From a virus, in the IMG/VR virus record IMGVR_UViG_3300029843_000012: DNA of 44,346 nt; one strand, given 5' to 3'. Each line of letters begins with the position of its first letter. The first letter of the stretch is position 1. The position numbers were made by a program, and so were the translations under genes. The notes below the pieces were generated by a model, which saw nothing but the letters and a program-made list of their open reading frames with translations, ran no database searches and was not told where the DNA came from. Of the stretch, positions 41,800-44,346 are shown in pieces.

Positions 41800-43117
41800 G
41801 ATTAAGGAAATACAAGATAAGTTATTGCACGTCGTCGGTTGGGAACAATCATATAATCCCGCCGAGGCAATCGCCGAGCAATTGACAGAAACCGAAAGCG
41901 GGTTATATTTTCAAGGGGCGCACCCGCTTGTAACGTTGGATAATATGGCGGCAATCGTCCCGGACAATTGGGGCTTTCAATACCCGGTTTGGAACGATAC
42001 AAAGGAATGGAAAGCCGAAACCGTGGTACAATACGCCAACGATGCGGCGGGCAAACCCTTGTATTGGGTCGCTTTGGTTGATAACGTCGCCGAGGTTCCC
42101 GCCGAGGATTCGACCTTTTGGGAGAAATACAACATACTATCCGACTATTTGGAACGTTTGACCCGCAACGGAATTTCCACGGCGATACAAACGTTTACCC
42201 AAATAAAGGGGTTGGATAAGGAAACAAAGAACCTATTGGAACGGCGCACGTTCTTTGACGGTGCGGGACGTATCAGAGCAACCCAACCGAACGCACATAA
42301 ATTGGTTGGCTTTGAAATAATCCCCGTCCGGGCAATGGGAGTTACCGCCCAAATACACCGGGTTGGCTTGCAAATGACGGGCGGAACCGGGATTGTGAAA
42401 TTGTACCTTTTCCATAGTTCACAGATTGACCCCGTAAAAACGTTTGATTTGAATTTTACGTTGACAAATGGCGGCTTTCAATGGTTTACGTTGGAAGATT
42501 GTTTTTTGCCGTATATCAGCGACGCAAACAACGCCGGGGGTGCGTGGTTCCTTTGCTACAATCAAGACGATTTGCCCGCCGGGATGCAAGCAATTAACGT
42601 GTCGAAAGATTGGAGCCGGGAGCCGTGCGGAACGTGTACGGGTTATGGCAATATTGAGGCATGGCGGCAATTGACAAAGTATTTGCAGATTTCCCCGTTT
42701 ATGTACAACGCCCCGGAAACATTCGCCGAATACCCGGAGTTGTGGGATATAGCCTATACGATGTACACTAATACGCTGAATTACGGGTTGAATTGTGAAA
42801 TAACGGTGGGTTGCGACCTAACCGATTTTATCGTTGAACAACGGGCGATATTCCAAACGGTAATACAACGCCAAGTTGCGGCAATCGCTTTGCGCACGTT
42901 GGCAATGAACCCCAACGTAAGGGTAAACCGCAATCAGTCAAACGCAAGCCGTACAGACATTTTGTATGAGTTGGACGGGAACACGTCCGGCGTTAGACCC
43001 GGCGGGTTGGGGTATGACTTAAAAAAGGCGTATGAGGCATTGCGAATTGATACGCAGGAATTAGACCGCATTTGTTTAAGTTGTAACAACAGAGGCGTAA
43101 AATACAGAACCGTGTAA
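41792..43117 (+). CDS. Hypothetical structural protein (441 aa)
   Basis: The ORF overlaps the HNH gene stop by 8 nt and lies between the capsid and tail genes. Confidence 0.7.
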   Translation: MYRIKEIQDKLLHVVGWEQSYNPAEAIAEQLTETESGLYFQGAHPLVTLDNMAAIVPDNWGFQYPVWNDTKEWKAETVVQYANDAAGKPLYWVALVDNVAEVPAEDSTFWEKYNILSDYLERLTRNGISTAIQTFTQIKGLDKETKNLLERRTFFDGAGRIRATQPNAHKLVGFEIIPVRAMGVTAQIHRVGLQMTGGTGIVKLYLFHSSQIDPVKTFDLNFTLTNGGFQWFTLEDCFLPYISDANNAGGAWFLCYNQDDLPAGMQAINVSKDWSREPCGTCTGYGNIEAWRQLTKYLQISPFMYNAPETFAEYPELWDIAYTMYTNTLNYGLNCEITVGCDLTDFIVEQRAIFQTVIQRQVAAIALRTLAMNPNVRVNRNQSNASRTDILYELDGNTSGVRPGGLGYDLKKAYEALRIDTQELDRICLSCNNRGVKYRTV

Positions 43118-43169
43118 TTATATAATTCAAAGGGAAAATTGTATATAATTTCATGTAAAAATTGTATTT

Positions 43170-43631
43170 ATGAAAAAGATAACCGATTTACGAAAAAGGG
43201 TTGCGGATTTCAACGAGGCTTTGACGTCCGGGCGGCTGATACAAAACATTATTTGGGAAAACGAAACGTACATTGTTGACATGAACGCCGAGGAACAATT
43301 GTTTGAACAAGGTATTAACCGTTTGGGCGTTGAAATTTCGGATTATGCGCCATATAGCCCGGTAACAATTGAAATTAAGGAAGCAAAGGGACAGCCGACA
43401 AACCGGGTTACGTTAAGGGATGAGGGCGATTTTGAAAGTAGCTTTTTTTTGGAAGTTGGCGACAAACAATTTGAAATTAAAGCGTCGGATTTCAAAACGG
43501 AGGATTTGATAAAGAAGTACGGACGGCAAATTTTAGGGTTGACAAATGAAAATATTGCTAAACTCATTTGGCAGTACATTTACCCGGATTTGCTAACCAA
43601 GGCTAAAAAAACAATTTACGGAAATGGATAG
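43170..43631 (+). CDS. Hypothetical structural protein (153 aa)
   Basis: ORF in the head-tail joining region. Confidence 0.7.
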   Translation: MKKITDLRKRVADFNEALTSGRLIQNIIWENETYIVDMNAEEQLFEQGINRLGVEISDYAPYSPVTIEIKEAKGQPTNRVTLRDEGDFESSFFLEVGDKQFEIKASDFKTEDLIKKYGRQILGLTNENIAKLIWQYIYPDLLTKAKKTIYGNG

Positions 43632-44193
43632 AGTACCGATTATTAAGAACCCGGAATTATTCGACCGGGTTATTGGATTCATACAACAAGGATTAGCCGA
43701 CGGGCTACCGTGGCTTAATTATTCCTTTGGACGTTCGGAACGGTTGGTTAAGTCCATACAGGGAAAACGATATTATACCCCTAATATTTACGTCGGAGGT
43801 AACGAATATATGCTAATTGCACCCGATAGTAATATTGGTAATTTTTCGTTTTTCGTGTTAGACGACCCGCAACGCATTGATTGGTTCCCCGGCGAACAAA
43901 ACAAATATACAACGCCGTTTTCGGTTATCTTTTGGTTTGATATGCGCACGATAACCAACGACCCGAACAACCGCAACACGGAGGCGGTAAAGCAACAAAT
44001 CATGCGAGTATTGAACGGCGGTATATGGTTGCGTTCCGGTTCAATGAAGATAAACCAAGTATATACCAAGGCGGAAAACATATTTGCCGGGTTTACGTTG
44101 GATGAAATAGATAATCAATTTCTAATGCATCCGTTTGCCGGATTCCGGTTTGCCGGGGAATTGGGTATTGATGAAACGTGTTTAACTGAATAA
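43624..44193 (+). CDS. Hypothetical structural protein (189 aa)
   Basis: 8-nt overlap with the upstream gene. Confidence 0.7.
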   Translation: MDRVPIIKNPELFDRVIGFIQQGLADGLPWLNYSFGRSERLVKSIQGKRYYTPNIYVGGNEYMLIAPDSNIGNFSFFVLDDPQRIDWFPGEQNKYTTPFSVIFWFDMRTITNDPNNRNTEAVKQQIMRVLNGGIWLRSGSMKINQVYTKAENIFAGFTLDEIDNQFLMHPFAGFRFAGELGIDETCLTE

Positions 44194-44198
44194 GTACA

Positions 44199-44346
44199 AT
44201 GAGTATGGCAGCATTTTTATATTATACGGTTATGGTCGCTTTGGTTGCGGCGTTCGGTTTAACCCTGTTATCGAAATGGGGTGTTGTTGAGTGGGTGCAA
44301 GTCCACGGCAACGACTTTTTCGCAAAGATGTTCAATTGCGATTTCT
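44199..44346 (+). CDS. Small integral membrane protein, N-terminal part; it continues at 71..186 after the circular junction
   Basis: ATG at 44199 (MSMAAFLYYTVMVALVAAFGLTLLSKWGVVEW...). The frame is open to the window end and continuous with frame 1 at the window start. Confidence 0.6.
   Translation, partial: MSMAAFLYYTVMVALVAAFGLTLLSKWGVVEWVQVHGNDFFAKMFNCDF
44277..44346. repeat. Terminal direct repeat, identical to 1..70
   Basis: Exact 70-nt match to the window start. Confidence 0.95.

Noticed and set aside
1-44346. Stop-codon reassignment, as seen in some gut Bacteroidota phages
   Set aside because: Long uninterrupted ORFs with recognisable motifs are obtained under the standard code. 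TAA, TGA and TAG all terminate well-delimited genes.

Overview
The window is a complete, circularly closed genome of a tailed dsDNA phage. The unique length is about 44.28 kb, because nt 1-70 are identical to nt 44277-44346 and one gene reads across that junction. All roughly 60 genes lie on the + strand. They are tightly packed, with many ATGA or short overlaps and no Shine-Dalgarno-like leaders. Several intergenic regions carry TTTG-N19-TAnnTTTG promoters, which suggests a Bacteroidota host (inference). The modules, in window order, are as follows. (1) Tail: a 1165-aa tape measure protein, tail and baseplate proteins, and a receptor-binding protein with a duplicated domain and a C-terminal SGNH/GDSL esterase. 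(2) Lysis: a holin-like protein, an Amidase_2 endolysin and a membrane-anchored coiled-coil protein. (3) An early, replication and recombination block: an XRE-like HTH protein, a PD-(D/E)XK nuclease, a winged-helix protein plus a replisome-organizer-like protein with in-gene iterons, a RuvC-like resolvase, an SMC/RecF-like ATPase, a DUF2400-like protein, a DnaQ-like exonuclease, SSB, an SplB-like radical SAM protein coupled to an ASCH protein, and small Cys-rich proteins. (4) Packaging and head: terS-like, terL, portal-like, scaffold-like and major capsid genes. Five paralogous NUMOD4/HNH homing endonuclease genes, plus one unrelated HNH gene, are scattered through the genome. I could not recognise an integrase, DNA polymerase, methyltransferase, tRNA, rRNA or CRISPR array. 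The most unusual points are these: no GATC and only three GGCC sites in my by-eye count; the radical SAM plus ASCH gene pair; a phage-borne DUF2400-like protein; candidate origin iterons inside a gene; two long structured non-coding regions; and a family of CCGGG-N6-CCCGG hairpins. Functional calls rest on motifs read by eye and on gene order. No database search was possible.
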